Source: Phoronis australis
Taxonomy: Eukaryota > Animalia > Phoronida
Assembly (NCBI GenBank): GCA_002633005.1
Contig: NMRA01000263.1
Span: forward strand, 1 to 64,000
Length of the DNA: 64,000 bases
Direction: 5' to 3'
The first letter of the stretch is position 1. Every line of letters begins with the position of its first letter. The notes beneath the pieces are model-generated. The model was not told where the DNA came from, did no database searches, and saw nothing but the letters and a program-made list of their open reading frames with translations. Position numbers and translations under genes: made by a program. This document shows positions 1-12,943 of the stretch, piece after piece.

Positions 1-141
1 CTCCTAAAACGTCACTTCCGGAAAAGCGGACGAGTAATTAATAAAATTACGAAAAGCTGTAATTAAGTGAAAAATAAGTCTAGGACAACTAACCAACCTT
101 ATTTCAGCTCAAAATGACATGGAAAAAGGTTGCCTTCGCCT
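1..141. mobile_element. Terminus of a Kolobok-like DNA transposon inserted at a TTAA upstream of gene copy 1
   Basis: Ends ...CCTTCGCCT followed by TTAA (142-145). Homology to the copy-2 upstream region (TTAAGAATTCTTTATGAGATC, ~17138) begins exactly at this TTAA. The other end lies outside the window. Confidence 0.35.
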
Positions 142-249
142 TTAAGAATCTTTATGAGATCTTATTGGCATGTAAAATTTATGGCCTTGTTAATACGGAA
201 CATGACATTTCAAATCATTTGCTACTTAAACGGTATACCGCATGAAATA

Positions 250-375
250 ATGGGGAGGGCTATAGCCCCCACCCCCCTATGATGCCCCGCCAAGTGACCA
301 TGGACGGCGCAGCACTGAAATAAGTGGGGGCTATAGCTCCCAGCCCCCTTTGGTTCGTCACCCAGGAGTCACGCC
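250..375. repeat. Two tandem ~70-bp GC-rich mini-elements (hAT-MITE-like)
   Basis: Motif GCAGCACTGAAATAAGTGGGGGCTATAGC(C/T)CCCAGCCCC; homologues at ~17237-17380 (paralogous position) and ~59630-59755 (independent locus). Confidence 0.5.
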
Positions 376-479
376 AAGTATTAAGCCATTGGTGGTCTAA
401 ATTAGTTGACATAACCACTGCCTATGACATCATCATTATTTTCTGTGCAACAGTAATTGATTATTTCAAGATTGCTGCC

Positions 480-2048
480 ATGGAGTTCAAACCTTCTGGG
501 TCTCTCGCTGAGAAGACGCTTTTGTGTATTGGAAGTCGCGTTTCGGTAACAAGAGATGACGAGATACAAACGTCTTTCTGGGCTAAAATAAAGACCGAAT
601 CCAACAGCTTTTGGTGTGAAAAGGTGAAGTCTTTAGGAATCATTGATGAATTTAATGTTGACGGCCTGATCCACGAAAAAGAGGACGGCCGTAAGGTTGA
701 AGAAATAAGTGCTGGAATAATCAAATGGCTGAATGAGGCGAACATTAACGTGAGTGATTGCTTTAACAGATAACTAGCATTTAATTCACAGTAGGTCTTC
801 ATGTGCTCCATATTACTTGATCAAAAGCCTTGACAGAACATACCAGGCCACGTTAAGTGTATTCATTATATAATACTTTTCTGTAGAAGTTAGGCCTACG
901 GCGTCGAAAAGTGGAGACATGAAAATTCAAGACCTGCACGAAAAAATAATTCTTTAGTCATTACTTGAAAGCTTGCATTTTTAATATAGGTCAATTTTCA
1001 AAACTGTTCCGTTGTTTAACGCACGGCTGATCGCCGACTCAACTTCCATATACCCAAGAAACTTGCCGCAAGCACTCCTACGCCGTGGCCATCAAAAGCA
1101 AATGGTAGTTTACAAGCATTGCCTCTCGTGGTTTACAAGATAATTATACGCTATTGTACGCAAGCAAATGCTGGTTACTTTTTTGCCGACTTCTCGACCG
1201 TGATTGGAAGTTATGTTTCTGAAAAGCTCGGCATACCTGGGGACAGCTATAAGAGTACCATGGCATGTTTCCTGAAGAATCTCACGCAGCAATACGTGCT
1301 TAAGAACACAGAAGCTGCAAAGGTGAGTGGATATTTAGTTCCAAAACATAGGTGAGCGAAGAGTAAACTTTAAAATTGAGAAATTTACGAGATGGTGAAG
1401 AAAAGCTACTTGTTAGTGGGAAAAGAGCCAAGAACATGCGAATTCTATTGGTGAAATATAGAGGATGTTAACCGGGATAAGACTCAGTGACGACCAGAGT
1501 GAGTGTTGGAAGGGCACAGCCTAGCCCCAGTTATAGCAGTCGCATACCCCGGTATAATAGTTGTCTGTGACCTTCTGATTCAAATACGTACGTGCACCTA
1601 TCGCAGGAAAAATAGCCAGGCTTATATGCATCCAGATTGACCCGTTCCATATTATGGATAGGCAAGTTTGTCGCCTTAGGTGTCTGCAAGGTGGTGAACA
1701 GAGAAGTTCGGTTTTATATATAAGATGTGTCTAGACGACCAGCAGTCCCAGCACTGTTTCACTCATCTCGACGGGATCAATATAGCGAAACCGTTTCTCC
1801 CCTTTTTGTCATCTAGGCATCTCAGTCACCAGTCAGATTTTCTTTCAGTACGGGGTGCCCAACTATTCCGTAAATACCCAGGGAGAATTACCGGCGGCGT
1901 TAACCAAATTAACGTTTCCTGTTGTCATGAAGCCTCTGTGTGGAAGTGCTTCTATTGGCTGCCAAGTCCACTATGACAGGACCAGCTGTTTACAATTCTT
2001 CTGTGAGCTGACCACTGGTATGGCATGTGGGACAGCAACGTGTGAAAA
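480..2048 (+). pseudogene. Truncated CARNS1-like ATP-grasp pseudogene (copy 1): exons 480-749, 1164-1322, 1849-~2048
   Basis: Colinear with copy 2 including introns. It has a 39-nt in-frame deletion in exon 1 (13 aa lost) and an exon-2 acceptor changed from CAG to CAA (1161-1163). Homology stops inside exon 3 at TGTGAAAA, and no exon 4 (which carries EINPR) follows. Confidence 0.85.
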
Positions 2049-2205
2049 CGAATCGCTGAATGAAACAATATAAAATTGGTTATAATTACTGTGAATAACA
2101 GTGTAAGTTATGACATAGATTAATGTAACTTTAAATGTAGGTGGAGTCATTGCAGAAGCTAGGTCAAAGAACGTAAACACTGTAACAGCCCCAAAACGCA
2201 CTTAC

Positions 2206-2356
2206 CAGGGGCGGATCCAGGCTTTGATTTAGCGGAGGGCCAGGGCAGAGTATTTGCTAGGATTTTCCCGTCAGACAATCGCACCCTCAAACTGCCAAAT
2301 GGTAACGGAGAATTTTAGAGGGAGCCCCCCTTGACCCCCCTCAAAATCAGACACTG
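2206..2356. mobile_element. hAT-like MITE
   Basis: Starts CAGGGGCGGATCCAG, ends ...CCCCCCTCAAAATCAGACACTG; no clean TSD. Confidence 0.4.
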
Positions 2357-5300
2357 ATTACTACATGTAGATTGGCTACACTGAGTAAATTTTGTCCCAT
2401 AATTCCAAAAAACCCCAAGGCAGAAATGTTAGGCAATTTTAGGGTCTGTAAGCGAGAAGGCTGATGAAGGATATCACAGGAATTCAGTAACTTCATTTAC
2501 ATTCTCCTCCCACCTCTTACATCTAGGCCTAGGGTAGGCAATTACATCGCCCTGGCCAACCGAGGGGCTACGTGTTGCTTAGGCATAGGGATGTAGCTAA
2601 TCAGTGCATTGGTACAACTCGGTCATTCAGTAAACAATGAATATACAGTAATCGTGATGATCATCCTTAGCTACAACGTAGTAGAATGAACAGTATACTA
2701 CCTAAATCCTACGTAGTCACTATGCTTTGAAATGTTTTTGGCAAAGTGATATGGCGTTCATGTTGACCATTCGCCGATCGGCGATCCTGACGATATTCAC
2801 TCACAGAACAATAAGATGTGAATCAAACGTTTTCCGATACAAATCCCCATAAGTGGAGTCTTAGCCAAAAAGTACATTAGATCAGACTTAGGCTAGCATA
2901 AAAACCAAATAAATCGATAACTTACTTCAGAAATAGCCAAATCGGCCATCACTGTTTTGCTTTCCGCGACCTTTCATCCTCTCTGAGGTCATCTGTCCAT
3001 TCCCAAATATGGCAACGCAATGCATTCTGGGATGTAATGTCGGATTTGACGACCACGAAGGCGTGTCTTTTTGTTCAACTTTCAAACGCAAAGAAAAATA
3101 CTCCAAACTCACCTAAAGCACCCCATATTTACGAAACATTCAAAAAAGTTATACAACATGACGTACATGTAATATAGGTTTTACACATAACGAATAACGT
3201 TTACTTTCCTTATTTCATACTATTTTTCGCGGTCCAAGCCACTTTAAAAGGATGCTGAACCATACTTTAATGATTCCAATCAGTCCTCGTTGTGTCACCT
3301 GATAATGCATCACTGACGTCAAAAAAAATAAAAGCAGGAAGCAACTAAAACTCAAACTCTCTATGTCATTGATTGGATATTATACTTCTTGCAGGGCTTT
3401 ATTTCCCAGCAGACTCCGTGTAATTCGCTTAAGGCGTAAGTCATGCTTGCCCGTTTAGCAGACTTTTAAAGGAGTTTTCAGATTTTTCTGCAAAACTTTT
3501 GACGGTTACAGAACATTTTTGTTTCAGAAAACTTGATGGGAAAGTCGTTTTTGATATCTGTTAACAGGCCAAGACCAGGTTTGGTATCCTTTTAATTAAC
3601 GCTAGTGAAACAAATCTCACTGCCAACAACGGATAAGTCAATAAGCTAAACTGGGGATTACTGAAAAAAGAAACTAAATCTACTGAAAACAATCAGTGAG
3701 CGAGACTAATACATGTATATAAGATATTTTTACCAGTCCGATAGAATAATCTCCTATTAAAACCAGCTAATCGTGCGTTACGAACAGGGATGTAATCGGC
3801 GTTTTCACTGCTTAATCTGCTTGTGCTATGCCTGCATACAATGATTCCTACACAGGATATGGTTGCGAGACTGGAGACACCGGTACAGTAGGTGATGTTG
3901 GTTACCTGTCGTGAAAACACATTGTCCAGGCCGTGTTCAATCTCACTCATTAGTAGGATTCAAACATAGCCCCATAAAAATAATTTCTGTCAACTTACAC
4001 ATTCATAAAAAGTGTCTAAAACCATCACTATAGTGACAAGCTGACGAACTTTAAAATGAGCTGCTTCATGTCGATTGAACAACCCCTTTCGATTCTCTTT
4101 GATGGTTGATGGCAGTGTCTAGTTCGTGAAAACCCTGGAACCTGGGACTGAACACTTAACGTTCCATTGCTACACTGTACGCGGTCTTCACAAATTCGCA
4201 CAATCCGAGTCTGATGGACATATGTAAGTCTTCTATGAACATCTCTCTCTTTGTCAACAATGCTTTTCTAACAACAATCTTCAAAAAAAAAACAATTGGA
4301 TTTTTCTGGGGAAAGCATCAATACTCTAATTGTATAAAACAATGGAGGATGCTTGTCTTCGTGTAATTCAGAACCCTGGTCTTCAAGTGCTTCAAGCTTT
4401 CATCCTGTAGACTGCGGTCATCTCGTGTTATCTCACGTTTTAGGTCGTTTGGGCTGCATGCTACTGCGTTTCACATAATCAAATTCTGTATTTTTTTACT
4501 GAAGTGGAATTTTATCCAGTTCTCCTCGCGCGTATAAAAATAATTGCAGGCAATCTGGTAGACGTTGCTCTTCCCAGTCCAATGCGCAAACTCATGCGGA
4601 ACGTTCTCACTGACAATGTTTAATTCGTGTCGGTATGTAGCGCAGAATGTCGTTGTGTTCTGTTTTAACAAGTTAATCGTAATAGCACGGCGTATATGAA
4701 ATTGTTTTAAACAAACCTAAGCGGTTAATATTTGTGTTAGTTATGATACACGTGTCACTTGTTCGAGACTAGTTAGTTACTGATTTTTTGCGACAGTCAA
4801 CGTTTTTTTCTGGATTTTGAGCTCCTGGAATTTTAGCGTTATGGCTTTTACAGCGTTAACATCTTTCTTAAATATTTTATTTCGATGCCTTTCTGTTTTT
4901 TAGAAATAAGAAAAATTACGGTATCACCGAGACATCTTAAGCAGCGTCATATAAGAATGAGGTACATGTATATGTCCTTGTCAAAAATGCGGCATTTTAA
5001 GATAATGAGTGCCTCGCTACACTTCACTAGATGACGATTATGCCATGTTGTTGTAACTGTGCCACGTTTAGTTGATGAGAAAAGTCCGAAATCAGAAGTT
5101 TCGTCTTTAGTAAATTCCAAACTTGCAGCTCAGACGCGAATTTGACGCCACTAAAGATTACGTAACATTAGACCAGAAAAGTATCATTTTTCAAACGAGA
5201 AAATAGTTAACCAGTCCCCAGGTGTCAATTGAAGTAACATCACCGTCCAGTTGGACGGGGAATATGTTTCTGCATAAAACAAATGCGAGCTTCGGCGACC

Positions 5301-6802
5301 TTCGAGACATAATGGTTACGTGGCATTGCAAAATGAGACCGCAACTGTCCTTGTCGTTCAACTTGGGAGGTACGCTTTGTTCAATTCCCAGAACCAACAA
5401 ACCCTAGGAAAACTCTAGTCTAAATTTTGCATTTTCCCGGATAGTATCGGAAAATGCCTCTAGTATTATTAAGCTCTTTTTAATAAAATGTGACTGGTTT
5501 GTAAATTTCCATTAACAAGCAAACAAAGCCAAGTTATATTTAGTCTTGGGAAATTGGCAGAATTCCGCTGAGAGTGCTTCTCTTGATCTCGCTGGTAGCA
5601 CTCCATGGGAATATCCCCTTCTACATTTCCGTTGCAACCAATCAAAAAGCTCAACTTCGGTCAAAATCTTGCATAATTATTACATATTAAAGGAAAATTA
5701 GATGGCCATTTTGAAAAGCCCGATTTTCGCCACCTGTTCGCGAATGTTCTCAAAGTTTTTGTAGAAAGAGATTAATACAACCCGTGAAAATTTCCTCGAT
5801 ATTACTTCAATCATCCAGGACTTTTGTGCAGTACACAACTATTTCCAGCAATACCAGAAAAGTCACCGCCTACCCTAAATTACCGGCATTTGGTGGAAAA
5901 GTCTTTTCCATTATGGCAATAACCGACTGAACAGATATCGGGTTCCTTGCGGTTAACACAGCAATAACTGACACTGCCGATTTGGGAAGTTATTCCTTGA
6001 GACCAAGCTCGGTGCATAAAATGGAAGGATGGAAGGTGGCTGTGCAGTCGATTTAAACCATGCGTCTAATTAGTTGCAATGCCCTTGAAGCCAGTGATTG
6101 TTTACTTCCTAAACAGATAAGTTGAAAATAATTTCGTTTTACTTGAACATTATATAACAATGCTAGTTAGCTAGATAGCAACAAGCAGTATTTCATATGT
6201 CATTCCAACTCACACACCTTAATCGTCATGAGCTCACGGTACTTTTTCGTCACTGAGGTTAACTGTAACAACAGGTTCCTAATTCCCACAAAACCTTTGT
6301 ACAGGACAAGACGTTTAGTGGTAAAGCAACATTGTAGAAAACCTTGTATGCCAAACATTCTGTAAAAAACATTGCCAAACTAAACAACACAGATAGTTTT
6401 GAGTGATTGCCTTAGCAATGTGCACAGATGACAAAATAAGTTATTTTTATGTAACTTAGTAAAAAAACTCTTTATTCAATACGCGTTGACCTTTGATGAA
6501 TTTTTCCGCAACCTTATATCTCGCAATACAACAATTGTGTGTCTGTTCGATTTTCCACGCAATTAGTCAGTATTCTACGCATTATCATGTTGTTTTTGTA
6601 AAGTACCATCAGAAACCGATACCTGCCAAGAATTGTTAAGTTTTGATAATATTTAGAATGAAAATATTACACATTGTTATTGTGGTCATCATCAATCTGG
6701 GCCAAAACGAAAAGTAACAGGATCACTATTTTTTTGCATGTTAGCTTACTAAAACAGACACAACAGAAGCGAGAATTCTGCATTTGTAGAAATCATTGTC
6801 AT

Positions 6803-7078
6803 CATAGATTATAAACAGATTCGCAACTAAGGCATTTTTCTTGCGTATTATTTTAGAGGAGATGCCACTCTCCTAAATTATCTGTTTCACTTTCCGGTTA
6901 GTGCATTGTGACGACACAACAGCCGACCATGATTAGCAGACGACGTACTTGCCGGAAATAAAACTTGCCAACTTGGTCAGACGTCGCCCGTAACTAATGA
7001 CGTCATTGCTTCTGTAAGATCACAGATTTCGTCCATTGAATGTATACGGAGTTGGCGACCCATGTACTATGGTCTATG
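6803..7078. mobile_element. Non-autonomous TIR element with CATAGA...TCTATG ends (P-element-like)
   Basis: Flanked by near-duplicate TTGTCAT/TTATCAT. Its right ~58 bp recur inverted at 9355-9409. Confidence 0.4.
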
Positions 7079-7660
7079 TTATCATGCAGGTCAGCAATTT
7101 TACCCATTAATTAGTGAAAACAAGCAGCAGAGTTAATTAAAAAATGGCATGGTTATTTAGGTAACATGTTCACCAACTAAAACACGCAATATTTGTAATG
7201 AATGTTATCAGTACTAACAAAATCAAATAACAATAAGCGCCTCCAATGCAATAAAAATGTTGGAAATCTAGATCAAATTTCGAAAAATTCTGACATGCTA
7301 AATCAGAAAAAAAGTTCACCGTCATATGAAAAAATGATAAATTATTAGATACATTGTAATAATTTCTGAATCAAAGATTCGAAAATAATGAATTAGATAT
7401 CTAATCAATACCAGTTGCTGAACCTTCAGATTGACGGCCTTCAATACGCACTTGGATACGAGATGACGTTTATAGGCCTCCATTCTTAAATTCTTTTATT
7501 AATCTAGAACGGTATATGATCAACTTTCTTTAATCTTGTGACTTTTCTATGATTCCACGTCAATCGTCAGCAAAATGACACCTTGTAAGCTTGTTTCGGA
7601 AGTTTACTTGAACACGCTCCAACGATTGGCCGCCGAAGTAGATCAGGCTTTGGTTTGACG

Positions 7661-8091
7661 CGGGAAAGTGAAAAGAGCCACAGTGTGATCAAATACTAAG
7701 TTGCCACAACCACCACAAAACGCAACGCCTCGACATTCGAGCAGCAATACATGTACCTGACGACTTTTCACGCTAAATACAATGCAGGATGACGTGTTGT
7801 GATTGGTTGCCTCGCTTTTAAGTATGTTTCGAACAATTAATGCTGGTACCTGGAGATCAGCTATTTAAACCTGGAACGCGAAAACAGACTAAACTGCATT
7901 ATTCAGACTCGTTCTCTGCCACTGAAACAGAATTCAACCTGCTCACCAGGTATTTTTACTGTTTGTTTGTACAGATTTTGAATTTCTGTAGTTGTCAAAG
8001 CATTTTTCTTTTAGTTTCAAATTTCAAAAAAAAAAACAATCTGTCAGCTGTTCCTCACTTCGTCGACTTTTCTTCCACAAGGCAAAGCACA
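7661..8091 (+). promoter_or_regulatory. Candidate promoter / non-coding first exon of copy 2 (paralogous block A)
   Basis: Direct repeat of 29955-30398. Contains TGACGT, reverse CCAAT (GATTGG 7801), CTATTTAAA (7861), Inr-like TTCAGACT and CACCAG|GTATTT. The repeat is certain; the function is inferred. Confidence 0.3.
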
Positions 8092-8269
8092 TTGTGTTTG
8101 TGGGTGTTCCAACTTTACAGCTGGTGGGATTGTTTTGGTGTTTTTAATATGAAATTGGGGATTTTAAGCACTTTAATTAATTCAGTGTGATTTCATGGAA
8201 GTTTCAAATTCATGTAAAAATGTGTAGATCTCATGCATTAGTTATAACATGCGCGTGGTGAAACTAACT

Positions 8270-9233
8270 GTCCCCGGCAGCTGTAAAGGCCCTTCGGGGT
8301 GTAGGTCTCTTGGAGTATAGAACAAGGAAGAAGTCCTTAACTATATTTCTTAGTAACGGTGCTTTGGATTAATGACCCTAATTTGGGCTCAGCATTTGTA
8401 TTTCCTGGTCAACTCATGGAAGACATTGAGCCGTTTGTGTGCAAGCTGTACGGCGAAACTCATCATCAATAGTTGACAAAGCAAGCTACCACATATTCAG
8501 GTTGAAATCTGTGATGGAATCATCTCTGCCTCCTAATAATTTGCTGTTACATGCCAAAAGAGCAAACTACTAGTCTGCCATTCACAAACGAGCGTTGCAA
8601 CAGCATGTCAGTGCACCATCTCCAGCTGATAATGGGTGACTTTGAGCAGGGTATTATGAAATTCCACTGGATGACTATGCCTTTAGCCCCAGAAAATATC
8701 ATGAAAAATGCTAATTAGTGTAAAAAGAGTGGTTGTAGTTAAAAATGGGCTCTTGTTTGAAGTGGGGCATGCCATGTTCTGAATAGTGTAACTGTCGAGA
8801 TAGTGTGAACACAGCGTCTCAAGAAACAACTTTTGATGACAAAAATGATGATATAAATGAAGATAGGGTGGATGACGAATGTGTGCTATGTTGTTAAAGA
8901 ACTTTAAATTTGTAGCCTTGTAACCTTGTAAAAGGATGCAATCCAATACTTTGTGTGACTGAGAGCGTATATTGTACAAGTCCCTCTGTTGGCGGACTGT
9001 ACCAGTTTTTGAAAAATTTCTCGCCATTTCGCCACACCATCAAAGTGTCCTTCTTTTGGACAAACGACGAAATTGAAATATCATTATATACTATTCACTT
9101 TTGTAATCTTCCACGCGACGTACCCCCCTTTTCCTATTCAACTAAAAAAAAACGGGACGCATGGAAATTTTCTGCACCCACGATTTCTCAGTCGACGAAA
9201 ACGCAGGCGGGACGATTTTGTGTGTTGCGGCTA
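8270..9233 (+). mobile_element. Academ-like transposase C-terminal remnant (CXC/Cys-rich zinc finger)
   Basis: Broken frames read FVCKLYG..SLPPNNLLLHAKRANY*..APSPADNG*..WMTMPLAPENI..CKKSGC..C.K.GMPCSE*CNC; the sequence ends ...GCGGCTA. Confidence 0.6.
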
Positions 9234-9409
9234 ATATTTCACCCTTGTGTTTTGCCATAGACCCATATCTCCAGCTTTTTAATCTGAAGTCCCGTTTTTC
9301 AATTCAGTTGTTCTGTTTTTTCATACTCAAATACGCAGCTGGGGTGAGTTGCATCATAGACTATAGTACATGGACCGCCAACTCCGTATAATTTCAATGA
9401 ACGAAATCT

Positions 9410-9956
9410 CTCGCTGGTTCCCTACGCGCCTAGCCAGCACGGCACCAGGTAACACGCACTTGGTGTAACGCATTGGTTAGCTTTACAACAACGTAAAAAA
9501 TGAACAACCATGAGCCTTGTCATGCAAGTGGCGTAGCTGCAACTATTCCGTTTCTGCAGTGATGTTTAATAGCCGCGCGCTTGAAGCACATACGTGTACA
9601 ATAAACACATATCTGGCCGATTTAATAGGCGCGGTGTTATTCATACTGTATGAATACAGGACACTATCGTAAACAAATATCATGGACAGTACAAAGAAGC
9701 ACTCTGAAAAGGCGCAACCACAATTTCTGGGATTCAGATTTCTTTAACATAAATTTTGTGCACCGATTTGTCAGTACAACAGACCACATTTACACTTGCT
9801 CCATCAGTCATGCCAGTTTATTTGCGTAAAGCGCTGCCTGTTGAGAATTTGACATGCCAATCAGAAACGCCGGTGTAAAAAAAATTCCCGAGTAAAATTA
9901 AGTGATACCTGCGTGCTGGCTACCGACCATCCAGCGGCACGCAGGGAACGAGCGAG
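9410..9956. mobile_element. Mutator-like MITE with 9-bp TSD
   Basis: TIR CTCGCTGGTTCCCT.../...AGGGAACGAGCGAG plus subterminal TAGCCAGCACG/CGTGCTGGCTA; exact TSD ACGAAATCT at 9401-9409 and 9957-9965. Confidence 0.75.
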
Positions 9957-10306
9957 ACGAAATCTGTGCTCATCCAAAGACGCTAACAAGACTATTCACC
10001 AAGGCCGCAGGCATTATTATTTCATGGACCGTTGCGACACATAGCGGGTGTGTGTGGGGCGACGAAGTACGCAAGGCATTGACTATGGCCGATCTTAGCT
10101 TGTCAAATTCAAAATTGTCAGAGAAGTGTCTTTGTTTAAAATATTGAAAACAAAAAACACGAGCACTGTACTGGAAAAATACGCATAGACAAAATATAGA
10201 GTAATTATGGCTACAGTGAAGTCATTCTTAGTCACAGCAATATGAAGTGAATGACACACATGAGTGGTAGCCCATGCGGACGATTTTTCACTTCTTTCAC
10301 AATTTT

Positions 10307-10879
10307 TCAAAGAAACGGCTGGTCATCCAGGTCCCTCATGGGAAGTCTAAGCACACTTTTTTCTGAAGTCTTGCAAAGATCATCCAAAGATGTACTGATT
10401 TTAAACAACAGTTTCCGATCAAGTTGCTCAGTTGAGTCTTTAGACACGTTTGACAGGAAAGGGTTGGATTGTTGATAATCCTCAGATACTGAATACCCAT
10501 GATCCACTAACTGGGACTTAAAATTTAACAATCTCTTTGCTCCTGTTGGCTTCTTAGAAACAGATGGCAAATCAATTAGTGCATGTTTCTGTCGATCGTC
10601 AGACTGAGCAATGAGAATGTTAACATCCATTCTTGCTGATTGCTGCAGCTGTGTGAGTTTTGTACATAACTGAATGTATGAGCTGCAGATAAATACAGGC
10701 CTAGTATCCAGCAAATCATTGTTGAATTGAATGTAAATGAGTTCAAAAAATACAAGTACCCCTGCTTTAATGCAGCCTTTTTTAAATTTGTGTGCGTGAG
10801 AGTCAGAGTATAACAGTTTGCCACATAATATGCATGTCTTTGGCTTTGCCTTTTTCAGTGGAGAATTACAGTTCACCAT
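10307..10879 (-). CDS. 190-aa ORF/exon with a ZAD-like C2-C2 N-terminus, probably transposon-derived
   Basis: CILCGK...RPVFICSSY (last Cys replaced by Tyr) followed by a coiled-coil-like stretch; preceded by acceptor TTTAATTTCAG. Confidence 0.3.
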   Translation of the reverse strand: MVNCNSPLKKAKPKTCILCGKLLYSDSHAHKFKKGCIKAGVLVFFELIYIQFNNDLLDTRPVFICSSYIQLCTKLTQLQQSARMDVNILIAQSDDRQKHALIDLPSVSKKPTGAKRLLNFKSQLVDHGYSVSEDYQQSNPFLSNVSKDSTEQLDRKLLFKISTSLDDLCKTSEKSVLRLPMRDLDDQPFL

Positions 10880-11159
10880 CTGAAATTAAATATACGTAAA
10901 AAGCAATTAAAGGCTTTAATTTTTACTAGCATGGCTGATGAGCCTCCTAGAATTATCTGTATTCAAGTTGACTTACGGCTGTAAAATTTTAATCAAGCTG
11001 ATCAATTTTAGTACTGCAGATGAGAAATATGTTTCATTAACCTTTTGCAGAAATTCTACAGTTACAGAATTACAAAATATGACTCTGCTCTGATATAATG
11101 GTCCCTGACATGGATAACAAGTTTCATCCACTGATAGTAACATACGCCGCAAGATTTAA

Positions 11160-11405
11160 GGCGAATTATGCCTCACACTGGTAGGCGCGGTAAAAATAGG
11201 TGGGCGCGCTGTGTAAAACTGGCCAGTTGTCGATTTGGGCAACTGAACAAAGGACTGATTGAAGAAAAAGGTACATTACAGGAGTATTTGTTGGAGTTGG
11301 AAGAAATTAAAGACATCAATGGGTACCTAAGGTGTCCCTCTATGAGCAAGAGGTACTTAAACAAAATGACTTTGATGTTTTAATCAGTGTGAGGCAAAAG
11401 TCACC
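11160..11405. mobile_element. MITE (PIF/Harbinger-like)
   Basis: TIRs GGCGAATTATGCCTCACACTG / CAGTGTGAGGCAAAAGTCACC; flanks TAA/GAA. Confidence 0.55.
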
Positions 11406-12229
11406 GAATATCTATCAATGTATGAAACTCCCAGAGGAGCTTCACTGTCTCTACTGGGGTCAGCTAGCGACGGTGGTCACTATCTAATCCACTGACTAAT
11501 AGGAATTCATGTTATTCAGTTGTTACATTCATCATCTTTTTTTCGACCGTGTCCTTGTCCTGTTGTTCGTTTCCCATTTTTCCCAAGTATAAAGTGACCA
11601 ACAACACGTGTATTCGCCTGGTCAAGTCTAGACATTTGCTGTCACTGCTGTGTTCCATCTGGCTAACACCAACAGCCTGATTCCGTGACGTATAACCGAG
11701 TGAGCCTGCACTGAAGTTATTACAACATATTGCTAGCGTCATTCACAAAACCAGGGAACATTGTATCCGACTTGTTTCCAAAGTAGTTATGTGTGATAAG
11801 ACTGAACTCTGAAGTCGAAGTCCAAGCGGCGACAGTCACACTCACAGTGATGTGTCGAAAATCACCAAATTATCTCCAATTCAGACCCCTTTTAACTCAC
11901 TTTTTAAGTAAGTACCACCGTGCAGGCGTACATGGCTGGTCCAGGTTAGATTCCCGGTTCAGAGATTGATCAGAGTCGGCATTTACAACAGTTGTTCAGT
12001 AACATTTGCATTGATTCATAAACGCGATAGGCTTACTGCCTAAACCATTAATCGCGAGCCGCCATGTTTACAACAACGCCGTCTACCGAGCAAAATGATA
12101 GAAGTGAACTACTTTCGCCATATGAGTAAGATAATACACGCAGTGTTGGCTTACGTAGTAAATGAGGTATTCCAAAAATAATATAAGAGTCATTACTACA
12201 AAGGGTCGTTAAGCTGAATAGCCATCACT

Positions 12230-12460
12230 ACGAGTCCTTTCGTACTACACGCCCTTCGGAGTATAGAGCACAAAACTAGAGTTCGCATTAACCATATTAT
12301 TTTGGGAAAACGAAACTTCGAACTATTGACCCTTCGGAATACAGATCAGTCCGATTAAGGAGAGAATACACTCGGCTGTGCATTGCATGGGGTCGATACT
12401 CAGAACATAAACTCTTCCGAACATTGGCCCTTCAGAGTAATAACCCACCCCCAGACAAAA
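12230..12460. repeat. Degenerate array of CCTTCGGA(G/A)TA subterminal repeats
   Basis: Units such as CCCTTCGGAGTATAG, CCCTTCGGAATACAG and CCCTTCAGAGTAATAA; same motif family as 23651-24440. Confidence 0.45.
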
Positions 12461-12943
12461 TGGTGTTTCCTGGAGAGTACTAAATGTAACCGTTCTCAGA
12501 AATCACAACGAGTTAACAAAAACTATGTTTGAAGTCATCACAGGTGGATTTAGGGGGTCTAGGAGGCTTGGCCCACCTACGACGGACGCGAACAAAAGTA
12601 TGAAATAGAAAATGTAATGTTGATACAAACGAAATTAAAGTGAATATAGCATGTACCTAATACATTTAATACATAATATATAAAATGATAACAGGTTAAC
12701 GAGGATGGTAGAGAATAAGTAAGTAAATTCTTGACGCTTGGCGTCCAGTTTGACTAGAGACGTATGACTGAATAAGGGAATCGTGGCGGAGGTTACAAAG
12801 CAATGTCGATAGCGAGTATGATTTAAAAACCTGATTGGGCAAAAATGAATGATTGTGGAAAGCAAGAAAAAATGACCATGTGGCCCACAAATGAGTGGTT
12901 ACGGGAAACAATACCGGCAATACTGAAACCGCATTGGTTCAAA

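Noticed and set aside
324-479. N-terminal ORF extensions (324, 17470, 34202) and read-through past exon donors
   Set aside because: Intronic: a conserved acceptor lies 10 nt before the Kozak ATG and protein conservation stops at the GT donors.
461-811. Antisense and alternative-frame ORFs repeated at each paralog (461, 17640, 34567, 1725, 18691)
   Set aside because: Shadows of the duplicated exons and introns; their lengths and starts are not conserved.
2926-5407. Exon-like or near-open segments (2926-3112, 3693-3950, 4330-4680, 5222-5407)
   Set aside because: No recognisable domain, stops present, and no consistent gene model could be built.
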